Shown here: piece by piece, positions 39,318-50,414 of the stretch | How the letters are laid out: every line of letters starts with the position of its first letter | Numbering within the stretch: the first letter of the stretch is position 1 | NCBI RefSeq assembly: GCF_001642725.1 | Contig: NZ_LSUQ01000011.1 | Span: 1 to 64,000 of the forward strand | DNA from: Ferroacidibacillus organovorans | GTDB lineage: Bacteria > Bacillota > Bacilli > Alicyclobacillales > SLC66 | Direction: 5' to 3' | Length of the DNA: 64,000 nucleotides | The notes under the pieces: generated by a model | The model's input: the letters and a program-made list of their open reading frames with translations, nothing else | Databases searched by the model: none | What the model was told of the DNA's origin: nothing | Position numbers and translations under genes: made by a program

Positions 39318-40472
39318 TTATCCGTGAACAGCGCAGCGGTTTGGACCAATCTCCATCTCACGCTGCTCATCTTCACCTGGCTGCAATTTGCCCATGTTTG
39401 TCAGCCGAATTTCTTGATAGGCATTCGGTTGCGGTGGAAGATTTTCCGTCACCAGTTTATGGAAAATTTTCTCATCCGACACGAGAAGTCCCGAGTTTGT
39501 CGCGTACAATTGTCCAAGATTGGCGCAGACGCATCCATTCTCATTCATTTCATCACCGTGTGCATAATGCGCCGGAAGCAACGTCAAGTTTGCAGATAGC
39601 CCTTGGTACGTTTCATAGAGGGATTTCCGCAAATCGGCTGCCCAATCACCCGCCGCACCCGCGAGATCCGGTCTGCCAATCGATTGGACAAACAGGATAT
39701 CCCCGGAGAGTAGATAAGCGTCGTCAACGATCAGCGATGTACTGCCGATCGTGTGTCCTGGCGAATAAAGTGCAGAAATTTTAACTTCTGTCAAACCGAC
39801 GGTGATGACCTCGCCATCTTCCAGCGGATGATAAGAAAATTGTGCATCCGTCGCATCTTTTGGAGGAAGCCAATACGTCGCGCCGAGTTTCTCAGCGAGC
39901 ACTCTGCCGCCAGAAATGTGATCCGCGTGCAAGTGAGTGTCGAGCGTATGCTTGATCGTGACGCCGAGTTCTTTTGCAAACGACTCATACACATCGGTCA
40001 TGCGTGCTGTGTCCACAATCGCCGCTTCCCCATCCGATACGATCATGTAAGAGAGGCAGCCTTTGCCAACGCGCACGAATTGGTACAAAGCGCCATTTTC
40101 CGCGAGATTCCCAACTTTTACGGGGCGCAGATACTCGCTCCACGTTTTCATACCGCCCGCGAGGTATGTGACATTGTCACGCCCTGCCTCAATAAGTTGT
40201 TCTGCCACAAATTGAGAAGAACCCTCTTTGGCACAAACGACGAGAACAGGTTGGTCGCTTGGCAGTTGCTCAAGCGCAGCCTCGACACCGTCGAGCAGAT
40301 CAAAATATGGAATGTTGACGCTCGTCACGGCTGGACCTTCAATCTTCCAATCCGCGAATGCATCTTCGTTGCGAACGTCCAGAATCCATAGCGGCTCTTT
40401 GCGAAGCACTTTTTCAAATACTTCAGCCGAGGTCTGTGTTGACGCGTTCGTCTCTACTGTCATTTCCGACAC
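39318..40472 (-). CDS. rhodanese-MBL fusion, persulfide dioxygenase-like (YrkH-like)
   Basis: N-terminal rhodanese ([18 protein letters not shown]) and MBL motifs THLHADH, PGHT, GRPDL, PAH. C-terminal GPNRCA. GTG start behind GGGGG. Confidence 0.88.
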   Translation of the reverse strand: MSEMTVETNASTQTSAEVFEKVLRKEPLWILDVRNEDAFADWKIEGPAVTSVNIPYFDLLDGVEAALEQLPSDQPVLVVCAKEGSSQFVAEQLIEAGRDNVTYLAGGMKTWSEYLRPVKVGNLAENGALYQFVRVGKGCLSYMIVSDGEAAIVDTARMTDVYESFAKELGVTIKHTLDTHLHADHISGGRVLAEKLGATYWLPPKDATDAQFSYHPLEDGEVITVGLTEVKISALYSPGHTIGSTSLIVDDAYLLSGDILFVQSIGRPDLAGAAGDWAADLRKSLYETYQGLSANLTLLPAHYAHGDEMNENGCVCANLGQLYATNSGLLVSDEKIFHKLVTENLPPQPNAYQEIRLTNMGKLQPGEDEQREMEIGPNRCAVHG

Positions 40473-40489
40473 ACTGTTCCCCCCTATCA

Positions 40490-40550
40490 TATACGGTATG
40501 GGGTATATATTAATCGGAAGGAGTCGTCGAGTCAATACCCTTAGGCGTAT
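40490..40550. promoter_or_regulatory. tandem CsoR/CstR-type operators
   Basis: TATACGGTATGGGGTATA (40490-40507) and ATACCCTTAGGCGTAT (40535-40550), with the same geometry as the site at 27676. Confidence 0.6.
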
Positions 40551-40552
40551 CT

Positions 40553-41799
40553 CTAAATCGATGCGCGATGCGGATTCATCGCCGTATCCTTCATCATAAC
40601 CAGTGCAAAACCGGTGACTAATGAGGTAAATGCCATGAAAGAACCTGCCCAAAATCCGATCGTTCGCGCCGGAACTACGACGAGCAAAAATCCGGTCGCC
40701 AGCATGGAAAGAGAAATCACGACACTCGAGATTGTCCCGAGCAGCGAAAAAATTCTCCCGTGAAACACAGTCGGCGCCTCTCTCATCAAAAGCGTGGTCG
40801 TCACGGCGTTGCCAATCCCTGCGCTCATCGTCGCAAAAGACAAAAAGAGGGCTGCTCCCCACAGCACAGGCGACAGACTAACCGCGACATGGCAAATTCC
40901 CTCGAAGAGATACGCTGCGGCCGTGATGATCCGAAGCCTCTTTACAAGGCGCGATGCGATGAACCCACTTGCCAAAAACCCTATACCGAGCGCGCCATAG
41001 AGAACTCCGACACCCCAGTTTCCACTGCGAAAACCTGATATCCGTAGACACTGAGAAGCGTATTGACGGCACCCCCGCCAATTGCCCAGAGAATCGCTTG
41101 CACGCTGACGAGTTGAATGAGCCTCGACTGACGAAAGACAAACCAAAACGAGTGCGAGGATGCTTGAGAATGGGTTCGCTGCCGTTTTTTCTCTAGCCCC
41201 TCAAAACTACCGCGACCACGGTTGGGTGAGCTTGGCAGGTTGATAGACCCGCAGATGAATCCTGATGCTAAAAACGAAACAGCGTTGATGGCAAACGCCG
41301 TGTCAAAACCGAAGCGCGCGCTGATGAGTCCGCCGAGTCCCGCACCGAACGCCATGACAAGGCCGCCGAGCGATTGTTCGAGCGCATTGGCGACTGCGAG
41401 ATGCTGCGGGTGTACCAGTTGTGGAATCACGGCGGTTCGCGCTGGAGAAAAAAGCGCCGAGAAGACGACGAGACCCGCGGTCGCCACATAGGCGATCCAG
41501 ACTTGTGACACAGAGTTTACAAGTAGCAAGGACAGCGCAATAAAAAAACGGGAAAAGTCTGCGAATACAAGGATCGTTTTACGATGCAACCGGTCAGCCA
41601 AAATTCCGCCAAGTGGTCCCATGACAAGGTATGGAAACGTGCGCACTGCCAAAGCAACGCCAACGGACAGACTCGATCCTGTAAGATGAAGGAGGAGGCT
41701 GAGAAGTGCCACACTGTTGAACCAGTCACCGATTCCGCTCAACAGACTCGCAAAAAGCAACCGCCGATATGCAGGCTCGGCGCGAAGGAGGTTCATCAT
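40553..41799 (-). pseudogene. MFS transporter (DHA3-like), frameshifted
   Basis: The N-terminal frame (GGILADRLHRK) switches to the C-terminal frame at about 41030. One extra T in GTTTTC restores YQVFRSGNWGVG. Confidence 0.8.
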
Positions 41800-41905
41800 C
41801 TTCCTTATGATCCATCACACCCTCAAGTCGATTCGAGCCGACACACATCATTTCTATATTGCGTGAAATATTAGTATAATAGTGGTTGTCGAGGAGGGAA
41901 GAAGT

Positions 41906-42220
41906 GTGAGCAAGCCTGTGTACTGCAACCGATGCACCAACACCATTGAGTACCGAGAGGATTTAATCATTTGCTTCAACTTCATTAAGTTGTCCGTGTA
42001 TCACAATGAATGCTATTCTGAAGAGCTAAAAGGCGTATCAGGATTGTTTTTAAACAATCCCATAAACTCGCTTTCATGGACGCTTGCCGCTTTTATCTTG
42101 TTGCCTCTCACCCTATTCTTCAGCTTCATATCTCATCAATGGATTTTAATGGCACTCCCTCTCATCGTACTCTTTATCAGGTATCTTTCATGGTACCTAT
42201 TTGAAAAAAACCTTTCATAG
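41906..42220 (+). CDS. hypothetical membrane protein with CxxC...HxxC motif
   Basis: GAGGAGG RBS, GTG start, CNRC..YHNECY and two TM segments. AT-rich. Confidence 0.7.
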   Translation: MSKPVYCNRCTNTIEYREDLIICFNFIKLSVYHNECYSEELKGVSGLFLNNPINSLSWTLAAFILLPLTLFFSFISHQWILMALPLIVLFIRYLSWYLFEKNLS

Positions 42221-42319
42221 TTTGTCATATCCATACGCACACGCACGCCTCGAAAGATCGCGCAGATTGCAGTAGAATGGTTGAAGGATCCATTCCTTTA
42301 ACCCGGCAGGAGACGCGCA

Positions 42320-44062
42320 ATGAAAAAACTTTTTCGTTTTTTGCGGCCATACAGGGTGTCGATTCTCGGCATTCTGGTGCTGATTTTTCTGCAATCCCTA
42401 TCCAGCTTATATCTGCCAAACCTAATGTCAAAGATCGTTGATATCGGCGTCATGACGGGCAACGTGGGCTACATCCTGAAAATTGGGTTGCTCATGCTCT
42501 TGGTCGCGCTCGCGGGTGTCTTTTGTTCTGTCTTTGCAGGACTGCTTTCGGCGATTGCCTCCGCCGGTTTTGGAAGGAACTTGCGGCAGGCAATGTTTGC
42601 CCACATCGAGGAGTTCATGCTTCACGAGTTTGACGAGATCGGTACCTCCTCCCTGACCGTGCGCGCTACAAACGACATCATGCAAGTCCAGCAATTTATC
42701 AATATGCTGCTGCGCATGATGGTGATGGCGCCACTCATGGCGATCGGCGGCATCTTGATGGCCGTCTATACGAATGCGCAACTCTCCTTGATCCTCGTTT
42801 TCATCATGCCTGCGCTGGCCCTTGCGATCTATCTCATTCTGCGAAGAGGGTTCTTCCTTTTTGGCGAAATTCAAGACAAGGTGGATCAGCTCAACCGCGT
42901 GGTGCGCGAAAACCTAATCGGCGTTCGCGTCGTGCGCGCCTTTGACCGAACGGCAGACGAGTTAAAACGCTTCCAGCTTGCGAACCTCGACCTAACCGAT
43001 GTTTCCGCGCGGGCCTTTCAAGTCATGTCTACACTGATGCCTCTCTTGATGCTAATCATCAATCTCTCCACGATCGCCATCCTCTGGTTTGGCGGCATCC
43101 GCGTCAACAACGGCAGCCTGCAGATCGGAAGCCTGATGGCGTTCATCCAATACGTTACACAGATCATGTTCTCCGTCATGATGGTTTCGGCCATGCTGTT
43201 CATGGTTCCACGCGCGCAGGCTTCCGCCAAGCGCATTCAAGAGGTTTTCGACATTCAGCCGCGAATCGGCGACCCGGTGTCCCCGAACCCCACACCTCTG
43301 CCGCCTGCGTCGACGCCAAAAGGGCTTGTGTCGTTTGAGGGCGTCCGCTTTCGCTATCCTGGCGCGGAGAAAGACGTGCTCGAAGACCTGAGCTTCCAGG
43401 CATTCCCGGGGGAGATCACTGCCATTATCGGCGGAACTGGTGCGGGAAAGTCCACGCTTCTCAGTTTGATTCCACGCTTCTTTGATGTGACAGACGGTTG
43501 CATCCGAGTCGATGGCATCGATCTGAGAGAGATGAGCCAGCAGGCCTTGCGTAAAAAGATCGGCATGGTGCCGCAAAAGGCGGTTTTGTTCTCTGGAACG
43601 ATCGCCGAGAACCTGCGCTTTGGACGTGAGGATGCGACAGATGAGGAGATCCGCCACGCGGCAAACGTCGCGCAGGCCAGCGCGTTTATTGACAGCCTCG
43701 AGAGCGGTTACGAAACCATTCTCGCCCAAGGCGGCGCAAACCTGTCGGGCGGTCAAAAGCAGCGGCTCACCATCGCCCGTGCGCTTGTGCGAAGCCCGGA
43801 GATCTACCTTTTTGACGACAGTTTCTCGGCGCTTGACTTCAAGACAGACCTCATGCTGCAAAGGGCGCTGCGCACGGAAGCCAGGCATGCGACGGTCATT
43901 CTAGTCGCCCAACGCGTGATGTCTGTCAAAGACGCCGACCGCATCCTCGTGCTTGATGAGGGGCGCAAGGTAGGCGAAGGAACGCATCGCGAGCTCATGG
44001 AGACGTGCACCGTGTATCAGGAGATTGTCCATTCGCAACTGGCTGAGGGGGAAATTGCGTGA
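42320..44062 (+). CDS. ABC exporter, permease plus ATPase (heterodimer subunit with degenerate site)
   Basis: TM domain, GGTGAGKST, LSGGQKQR and degenerate Walker B LFDD. Confidence 0.94.
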   Translation: MKKLFRFLRPYRVSILGILVLIFLQSLSSLYLPNLMSKIVDIGVMTGNVGYILKIGLLMLLVALAGVFCSVFAGLLSAIASAGFGRNLRQAMFAHIEEFMLHEFDEIGTSSLTVRATNDIMQVQQFINMLLRMMVMAPLMAIGGILMAVYTNAQLSLILVFIMPALALAIYLILRRGFFLFGEIQDKVDQLNRVVRENLIGVRVVRAFDRTADELKRFQLANLDLTDVSARAFQVMSTLMPLLMLIINLSTIAILWFGGIRVNNGSLQIGSLMAFIQYVTQIMFSVMMVSAMLFMVPRAQASAKRIQEVFDIQPRIGDPVSPNPTPLPPASTPKGLVSFEGVRFRYPGAEKDVLEDLSFQAFPGEITAIIGGTGAGKSTLLSLIPRFFDVTDGCIRVDGIDLREMSQQALRKKIGMVPQKAVLFSGTIAENLRFGREDATDEEIRHAANVAQASAFIDSLESGYETILAQGGANLSGGQKQRLTIARALVRSPEIYLFDDSFSALDFKTDLMLQRALRTEARHATVILVAQRVMSVKDADRILVLDEGRKVGEGTHRELMETCTVYQEIVHSQLAEGEIA

Positions 44063-46065
44063 ATCAGCGTGTCGGCAATCACCAGGAGGCGCGACCTGGA
44101 CCGGGCAACGGCTTCGGCGGTCCAGCAGGCATGCTTATGCCTGTGCAAAAGCCCAAAGACATGAAAGGGACGCTATCGCGCCTGATCCGCTATTTTCGTC
44201 CGTATACCCTGCGTCTTCTGCTCGTCGTGTCAGCCACCCTCTTTGGCACCGCATTCAGCATCTTCAGCCCAAAAATCATGGGCAACGTGACGACCGACCT
44301 CTTTGCGGGTGTTGTCCAAAAGTTCAGAGGCGTGCCGGGCGGAGGCGTCGATTTTCAACAGATCGCAAAGTTGCTTTTGCTTTTGGGTGGACTGTACATC
44401 TTCAGTTCGCTGCTCAGTTATGTCCAGCAGTATGTCATGGCGGGCGTCGCACAAAAGGCGGTCTCCGACCTGCGCGGCCAAGTCAACGAGAAATTGTCCC
44501 GACTGCCGATCAGCTACTTTGACGCACATCCGCACGGCGAAATCCTCAGCCGATTCATCAACGACTTTGACAACATCAGCAGCACGCTCCAACAAAGCCT
44601 CACCCAGGTCATCTCTGCCGTGGTCACGTTTATCGGAGTTTTTGTCATGATGCTGACCATCAGCCCACTCATGACGCTGGCGGTGGTTTTGACTCTGCCG
44701 CTCAGTTTCGTCGTCACCAAGGCCATCGCAAAGCGTTCGCAAAACCAGTTCAAGCTCCGTCAGCGCTCACTCGGCGCATTAAATGGACACATTGAGGAAA
44801 TGTTCGCGGGCCACCAGGTGGTCAAAGCGTTTGGCTATGAGACAATCGCCAAAGAGAAGCTTGCCACGATCAATGAAGCGTATTACGAGGCGGCATGGAA
44901 GGCGCAGTTTGTGACAGGGATCATCATGCCGATCATGAATTTTATCGGCAACCTCAGCTATGTCTTGGTCTGTGTCATCGGCGGGATACTCGTCACTTAC
45001 AAGCGCCTGCAAATCGGCGACATTCTCGCGTTCATTCAGTACTCCCGGCAATTCTCCCAACCGATCAACCAATTGTCGAGCATCTCAAACGTCATTCAAT
45101 CCACACTGGCGTCTTCCGAGCGCGTGTTTGAGATGCTCGACGAACAGGATGAGGAGGATCCGCGCGAACAAACTGCAAAAAACGCGGCACGGGCCCGTGA
45201 TGATCACGGTCAAGGGCACGATGAACCTGGGCGATCCGAGGAAGCGGTGCGGTTCGAAGGTACGGATCAGGTTTTCGTCGCGGAGCGTTCGACGGAATCT
45301 GTCACAACAAAGCGCGGCAGGGTCGTGTTTGAGAACGTCTCGTTTCGCTATAAAGCGGGCGCACCGCTCATTGAAAATCTGAACCTGTGTGCCGAGCCGG
45401 GACAGATGATCGCGATTGTCGGTCCGACAGGCGCCGGAAAAACCACGCTGATCAATCTGCTGCTACGGTTTTACGAGCGGGATGCCGGGACCATTTTGCT
45501 CGATGGCGTGGATATAAAGACGATCCCCCGCGCGGCGCTGCGGCAAAAATTCGGCATGGTGTTACAGGATACCTGGCTGTTTCACGGCACGATCTTTGAA
45601 AATATCGCATACGGACGCAAAGGCGCGACCGAGGCGGAAGTGATTGCAGCGGCAAAAATGTCTTATGCCGACTCGTTTATTCGAAAACTTCCGGATGGCT
45701 ACGCCACACGCTTAAACGAGGAAACTTCCAATCTATCGCAGGGGCAAAAACAGTTGTTGACGATTGCCCGCGCATTCTTGGCCAATCCGACGATCCTCAT
45801 TCTTGATGAGGCCACAAGCAGTGTCGACACACGCACAGAGATCCACATCCAGCACGCGATGAAACGCCTGATGGACGGGCGCACTAGCTTTGTCATCGCT
45901 CACCGATTGTCCACCGTGCGCGACGCAGACTGCATTCTCGTGATGAATCACGGCCATGTCGTCGAGCAGGGATCTCACGACGCACTGATCGAGCGGGACG
46001 AATTCTACGCAGAGATCTATAAAAGCCAGTTTGCCAGCGCGTTGCCGGAATTCGCGGCACGTTAA
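44059..46065 (+). CDS. ABC exporter, permease plus ATPase (heterodimer partner)
   Basis: GPTGAGKTT, LSQGQKQ, ILDEATS and IAHRLST motifs. Confidence 0.94.
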   Translation: MNQRVGNHQEARPGPGNGFGGPAGMLMPVQKPKDMKGTLSRLIRYFRPYTLRLLLVVSATLFGTAFSIFSPKIMGNVTTDLFAGVVQKFRGVPGGGVDFQQIAKLLLLLGGLYIFSSLLSYVQQYVMAGVAQKAVSDLRGQVNEKLSRLPISYFDAHPHGEILSRFINDFDNISSTLQQSLTQVISAVVTFIGVFVMMLTISPLMTLAVVLTLPLSFVVTKAIAKRSQNQFKLRQRSLGALNGHIEEMFAGHQVVKAFGYETIAKEKLATINEAYYEAAWKAQFVTGIIMPIMNFIGNLSYVLVCVIGGILVTYKRLQIGDILAFIQYSRQFSQPINQLSSISNVIQSTLASSERVFEMLDEQDEEDPREQTAKNAARARDDHGQGHDEPGRSEEAVRFEGTDQVFVAERSTESVTTKRGRVVFENVSFRYKAGAPLIENLNLCAEPGQMIAIVGPTGAGKTTLINLLLRFYERDAGTILLDGVDIKTIPRAALRQKFGMVLQDTWLFHGTIFENIAYGRKGATEAEVIAAAKMSYADSFIRKLPDGYATRLNEETSNLSQGQKQLLTIARAFLANPTILILDEATSSVDTRTEIHIQHAMKRLMDGRTSFVIAHRLSTVRDADCILVMNHGHVVEQGSHDALIERDEFYAEIYKSQFASALPEFAAR

Positions 46066-46120
46066 CATTTGAACCGCACACCGTCTGTGAACCGACTCCA
46101 CATGAGAGAGGGCTTCTATC

Positions 46121-46999
46121 ATGAGACTTCGTTCTAAACTTGGATTGGCGGCCATCGTGGCGGTCGCCGCCCTTTTTTTTGCCGAGATAAACCAGCAAAA
46201 GAAGCCGCCGACTCAAGTTACACCCGAACTTTTCATGCCTCAAAACAACGTGGTCATCAATACAGAGATGAACCGCGCTTCTTACCTTCAACTCCCTGTG
46301 TACATTGTGCCGAAGCAAAAAAACGGTGCGGGGAATATCTCCAGAATCTCTCTTGACAAGATGCCCGGCGTTCAGCTTAAGAACGCCTACTTTGGCTCTG
46401 GTACAAACGTTCAGGGGCAACTCACAAGTCTTCCACTCATTTTGGAAATGTCCACGACTCATCTCGTCCATTCGATCACGGCAAATCCTGCATTCACAAT
46501 TCATTTTTCAAACGGGCAGACCATTTCGCTCCAAGCAGGCCATTGGCAAATCAATATCTGGCCAGATCACACACCCGCATTTCGCGTTAACCGTCTAGCG
46601 ATCGGAAATGAATTTTTAAATCCCGTGAAACAAACCACGTATTCACTCACCGTGACGAATCAAACAAATTCCAAAGTTACGCTGACTGGGCTCACCACGG
46701 CGAGTCCACTCGCCACCTTCCGCGACGTCACGGTGCATGCGTCAGACTCACACGCCAAACCGGCTCGTTTGACACCAACCGCAGACGTGAACGTATACCC
46801 GAAGCAAACTGTGACACTGCGCGCCACACTGGACTTTGGAAACTCCTTTCGCGGATACGGTCTGTTTACACCGCTCCTTGAATACGTCGATTCAAACGGC
46901 AAGGCAGTACAGCCACTCATGCCCGCCATCTTTCAACTTACACCCAATCTCTCGCGCATTCAAAAAACCATTCCAGGCGTACGCTATTCTATAAATTAG
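46121..46999 (+). CDS. secreted or membrane-anchored hypothetical protein
   Basis: N-terminal signal/TM followed by a beta-rich, Thr/Asn-rich body. No family recognised. Confidence 0.75.
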   Translation: MRLRSKLGLAAIVAVAALFFAEINQQKKPPTQVTPELFMPQNNVVINTEMNRASYLQLPVYIVPKQKNGAGNISRISLDKMPGVQLKNAYFGSGTNVQGQLTSLPLILEMSTTHLVHSITANPAFTIHFSNGQTISLQAGHWQINIWPDHTPAFRVNRLAIGNEFLNPVKQTTYSLTVTNQTNSKVTLTGLTTASPLATFRDVTVHASDSHAKPARLTPTADVNVYPKQTVTLRATLDFGNSFRGYGLFTPLLEYVDSNGKAVQPLMPAIFQLTPNLSRIQKTIPGVRYSIN

Positions 47000-47038
47000 G
47001 ATCCATTTCAAAAAAGAAATGGGATCGCCGAGCGCCAC

Positions 47039-48037
47039 TCAAGTCTCTTCCACATACAGTCTGCTGACAGCCGTCCAAACGGCATTTGGCTCGAGAATCA
47101 CAATCCTTGTTTCATCACTTGAAAGATTCACATTCGGCGCATTGACCATGTTCGTTTGCGGCTCAGGACAAATGTATTCACCGCGTCCGAAATTGTTAAA
47201 GACCATCCAGTATCGATACTGCGTGTCAACTTCATACACCAACCGCACGCCAAGCCGCGTGTCTGTCAGCGTAGCGTAATTTCTCCCATCCTGAGGCAGC
47301 GCTTTGTAGTGATGATCAAGCGCCGCATAAAATGGCTGCACACCGCTTGTTTGAAGGCGCTCTTCCTCAGGTGTAAGCGGCTGAAGTCGCCCTGTCGGAA
47401 GCATGCGCGGCGATAGCTCAAAATGATCTCCGATCGTCGCCTTGATTCTGTAATCATCGACTTGACTGTCCTTGGCAAACGGAACACGCAGTGCCGTGTG
47501 AAACCCGAGCATGAGCGGCATCGCCGTAGTTCCGCAGTTTTCCACCCGCACATCTTGCTGTAAACCCTCTTTTGTCAGCGTATAGCGAAGAGCGATCGTA
47601 AATTCGTGAGGGAAGTAGCGATGCGCGGCATGTTGTTCATCCACGCGCTGTGTCAACTCGACGTAGGCCGCATCTTCCGTTTCACCCGTTTCCGATACAT
47701 CCCACGGTATGTCAGTCAAGAATCCGTGGATGTGATTGTGCGTTTTTGTCTCCGTGACGGGAAAATGGTACGCGTGACCGTTTACGGTGAACACGCCATC
47801 TTCGTATCGATTGGGTGGGAACAATACGGGGAATCCATAGAGAAGCGGTTTCTCAGCGATTGCGGCGAGACTTTCAGGCTTGCGCAAAAAACTCAACTGG
47901 CGTATATCATCTTCAAAAGAAACGAGGTTGCCGCCCTGCGCTGGCAACACCATCGCAGAATACGGCCCCGCCTTCAGAGTAATCGCATTCGCCCCGTCAA
48001 AAAGATGTCGCTTCACATTTGCCTGCACGTCGACCAT
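47039..48037 (-). CDS. aldose 1-epimerase family protein
   Basis: PVLFPPNR, HNHIHG, GFH and CPEP motifs. Last gene of the gal operon. Confidence 0.85.
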   Translation of the reverse strand: MVDVQANVKRHLFDGANAITLKAGPYSAMVLPAQGGNLVSFEDDIRQLSFLRKPESLAAIAEKPLLYGFPVLFPPNRYEDGVFTVNGHAYHFPVTETKTHNHIHGFLTDIPWDVSETGETEDAAYVELTQRVDEQHAAHRYFPHEFTIALRYTLTKEGLQQDVRVENCGTTAMPLMLGFHTALRVPFAKDSQVDDYRIKATIGDHFELSPRMLPTGRLQPLTPEEERLQTSGVQPFYAALDHHYKALPQDGRNYATLTDTRLGVRLVYEVDTQYRYWMVFNNFGRGEYICPEPQTNMVNAPNVNLSSDETRIVILEPNAVWTAVSRLYVEET

Positions 48038-48114
48038 CTCCATCCCGCCATGTCGTTGTAGCCCCATCAGGTATTGATGCACTATGCCATCCGAACCGCG
48101 AACCCTCGCCCGCC

Positions 48115-49125
48115 TCACGAACGAACTGGGGAATCCTCATCCTCATACCCGTTCGGATGCGCCTGATGCCACGTCCAGGCACTCGCTACCATGGAAGAAA
48201 GGTCCGTATACTTCGGCTGCCACCCGAGCATCTCCCGCGCGTGCTTAGAAGACGCGACAAGCGCTGCCGGATCGCCCGCGCGGCGCGCCACCTTCACAGC
48301 CGGGATCGGATGCCCCGTCACCTTGCGCGCCACCTCAATGACTTGATTTACGGAAAAGCCCTGCGCATTGCCGAGATTGAAGGACTCCGCCCCGCCTTCG
48401 CGACTGCGCAACCGCAAAACAGCGAGTCGGTGGGCGCTCGCCAAATCCGACACGTGAATGTAGTCGCGGATGCACGTTCCGTCCGGCGTAGGATAGTCAT
48501 CGCCAAACACGGACACCGCCTCTCGCTGACCGAGCGCGACCTGCAGCACGAGCGGGATGAGATGCGACTCTGGACGATGGTCCTCGCCGATCGGAAGCGT
48601 CGCGTGGGCACCCGCCGCATTGAAGTAGCGCAGGCGGACAGACTTTAGCCCGTACGCCTGATAACACCAGTCCAGCATCTTTTCAATCGCCAGTTTCGTC
48701 TCGCCGTATGGATTCGTGGGCTCCTTCTTGGCAGACTCCTCAATCGGCATCCGCTCAGGCTCTCCGTACACGGCGGCGGTCGATGAGAACACGATCCGCG
48801 AAACGCCCGCCTCCACCATGGCAGAGAGCAGCTTGGCGGTCGCGGCAACGTTGTTTTCGTAGTATTTCAGCGGACTTTTTACACTCTCTCCGACGAGCGA
48901 ATAGGCGGCAAAATGAACGACGGCATCCACATTGTGCTTTTTTAGCACCGCGATCATCTGCTCCGAATCGCGCAAGTCCATCGCATAAAATGGCGTGTCA
49001 AGCACCGCGCCCCTGTGCCCTGTGGTGAGGTTGTCAACCACCACCACCTCTTCCCCGTGTTCCTTGAGTTCCGCCACCGTGTGACTGCCGATGTACCCGG
49101 CCCCGCCCGTCACTAAAATCGCCAT
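48115..49125 (-). CDS. galE: UDP-glucose 4-epimerase
   Basis: GGAGYIGSH, FSSTAAVYG, YGETK, LRYFNAAGA and DGTCIRDYIHV motifs. Confidence 0.97.
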   Translation of the reverse strand: MAILVTGGAGYIGSHTVAELKEHGEEVVVVDNLTTGHRGAVLDTPFYAMDLRDSEQMIAVLKKHNVDAVVHFAAYSLVGESVKSPLKYYENNVAATAKLLSAMVEAGVSRIVFSSTAAVYGEPERMPIEESAKKEPTNPYGETKLAIEKMLDWCYQAYGLKSVRLRYFNAAGAHATLPIGEDHRPESHLIPLVLQVALGQREAVSVFGDDYPTPDGTCIRDYIHVSDLASAHRLAVLRLRSREGGAESFNLGNAQGFSVNQVIEVARKVTGHPIPAVKVARRAGDPAALVASSKHAREMLGWQPKYTDLSSMVASAWTWHQAHPNGYEDEDSPVRS

Positions 49126-49148
49126 CCTCTAACCCCCCGCCTCGACTT

Positions 49149-50414
49149 TTACTTGCCGCCGCACGAACCGTCACGCTCCATCTCGCGCGTGACCTCTTTG
49201 ACTCCATCGCCGAGATCCGTGATGTAAAACGACGGCTCGTAACCGATGATCCTTGTGTACTCTGCTCGCACTTCCGCGACAAACGCCTGCACGTAGTCAT
49301 CCTGCACGAGATTCACGGTGCATCCACCAAACCCCGCGCCTGTCATGCGCGCACCCATACAGCCCGGCGCGCGCCACGCGACCTCAGCCAAAGTGTCAAG
49401 CTCAAACCCCGTCACCTCATAATCATCCCGCAAAGAAACGTGCGACGCATTCATCATCTGGCCAAACCATGCGATCTCGTTGCGGCGCAATACGTCCACC
49501 GCCTGCTTTGCCCGCTGGTTCTCCGTCACCACGTGGCGGGCGCGCTTGCGCAAAACCTCGCTTTCAAGTGTCGCCTCGAGCGTGGCATATTCCGCCTCGT
49601 CAAGATCAGCCAGATAGCGAATCCCTGGGCGCACGCGCTGCAGTTGACGAAGCGCCTGCTCGCACTCGCCTCTGCGCTCGTTGTACTTCGAATCGGTCAA
49701 GCCGCGGCGCTTGTTTGTGTTGATGATCACTAAACGCACGCCCGCAATCTGCATCGGAACTCGCTGGTAATCAAGCGTGTCACAATTCAGCGAGATGGCG
49801 TGGTCCGCCTTGCCAAGCGCCACCGCAAACTGGTCCATGATGCCACAGTTGACCCCGACAAACTGGTTCTCAGCCGCCTGCGACATAAGCGCGAGGCGTT
49901 CCGGCGCAAGATCGGCCCCGAGCATTTCATTCAACATGAAAGCTGTGACAACCTCGATCGAGGCGGAACTCGAAAGACCCGCGCCACTCGGCAGGTTGCC
50001 AACGTAGAGCAGGTCAAGACCCGGAATGTCAAAACCTAGCTTCTGGAACTCACGGAGCACCCCTTTGGGGTAATTCGCATAGTCATCCTGCGCGCTGTAG
50101 TGAATCTCATCACTTGCGACCTCCACGACTTGCGAAAAGGAGGTCGACGCGATGCGCACCAGCTTGTCACGGCGTACCCGAACGAAGACCCATGTGCCTA
50201 GATCAAGGGCTGCGGGCAAAACGTGACCGCCGTTGTAGTCCGTATGCTCACCAATCAGATTCACGCGCCCCGGCGCAAAGAACACGCGAACAGGCGCATC
50301 GCCTGTAATGTCTGGCTCAGGCGAAAAATCGAGAAACGTTTGCATAGCCTGCGCCAACTCATTTTGCAGCACTTCACTTGCTGTCTGACCCGCGAGACCG
50401 TTAGCATCCGTCAT
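49149..50414 (-). CDS. galK: galactokinase
   Basis: APGRVNLIGEHTDY, PSGAGLSSSAS, CGIMDQ and GARMTGAGFGG motifs. Confidence 0.97.
   Translation of the reverse strand: MTDANGLAGQTASEVLQNELAQAMQTFLDFSPEPDITGDAPVRVFFAPGRVNLIGEHTDYNGGHVLPAALDLGTWVFVRVRRDKLVRIASTSFSQVVEVASDEIHYSAQDDYANYPKGVLREFQKLGFDIPGLDLLYVGNLPSGAGLSSSASIEVVTAFMLNEMLGADLAPERLALMSQAAENQFVGVNCGIMDQFAVALGKADHAISLNCDTLDYQRVPMQIAGVRLVIINTNKRRGLTDSKYNERRGECEQALRQLQRVRPGIRYLADLDEAEYATLEATLESEVLRKRARHVVTENQRAKQAVDVLRRNEIAWFGQMMNASHVSLRDDYEVTGFELDTLAEVAWRAPGCMGARMTGAGFGGCTVNLVQDDYVQAFVAEVRAEYTRIIGYEPSFYITDLGDGVKEVTREMERDGSCGGK

Noticed and set aside
40473..40862. 129-aa N-terminal extension of the MBL ORF in the track
   Set aside because: It overlaps the MFS pseudogene and the operators. 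A better RBS with GTG start is at 40472.
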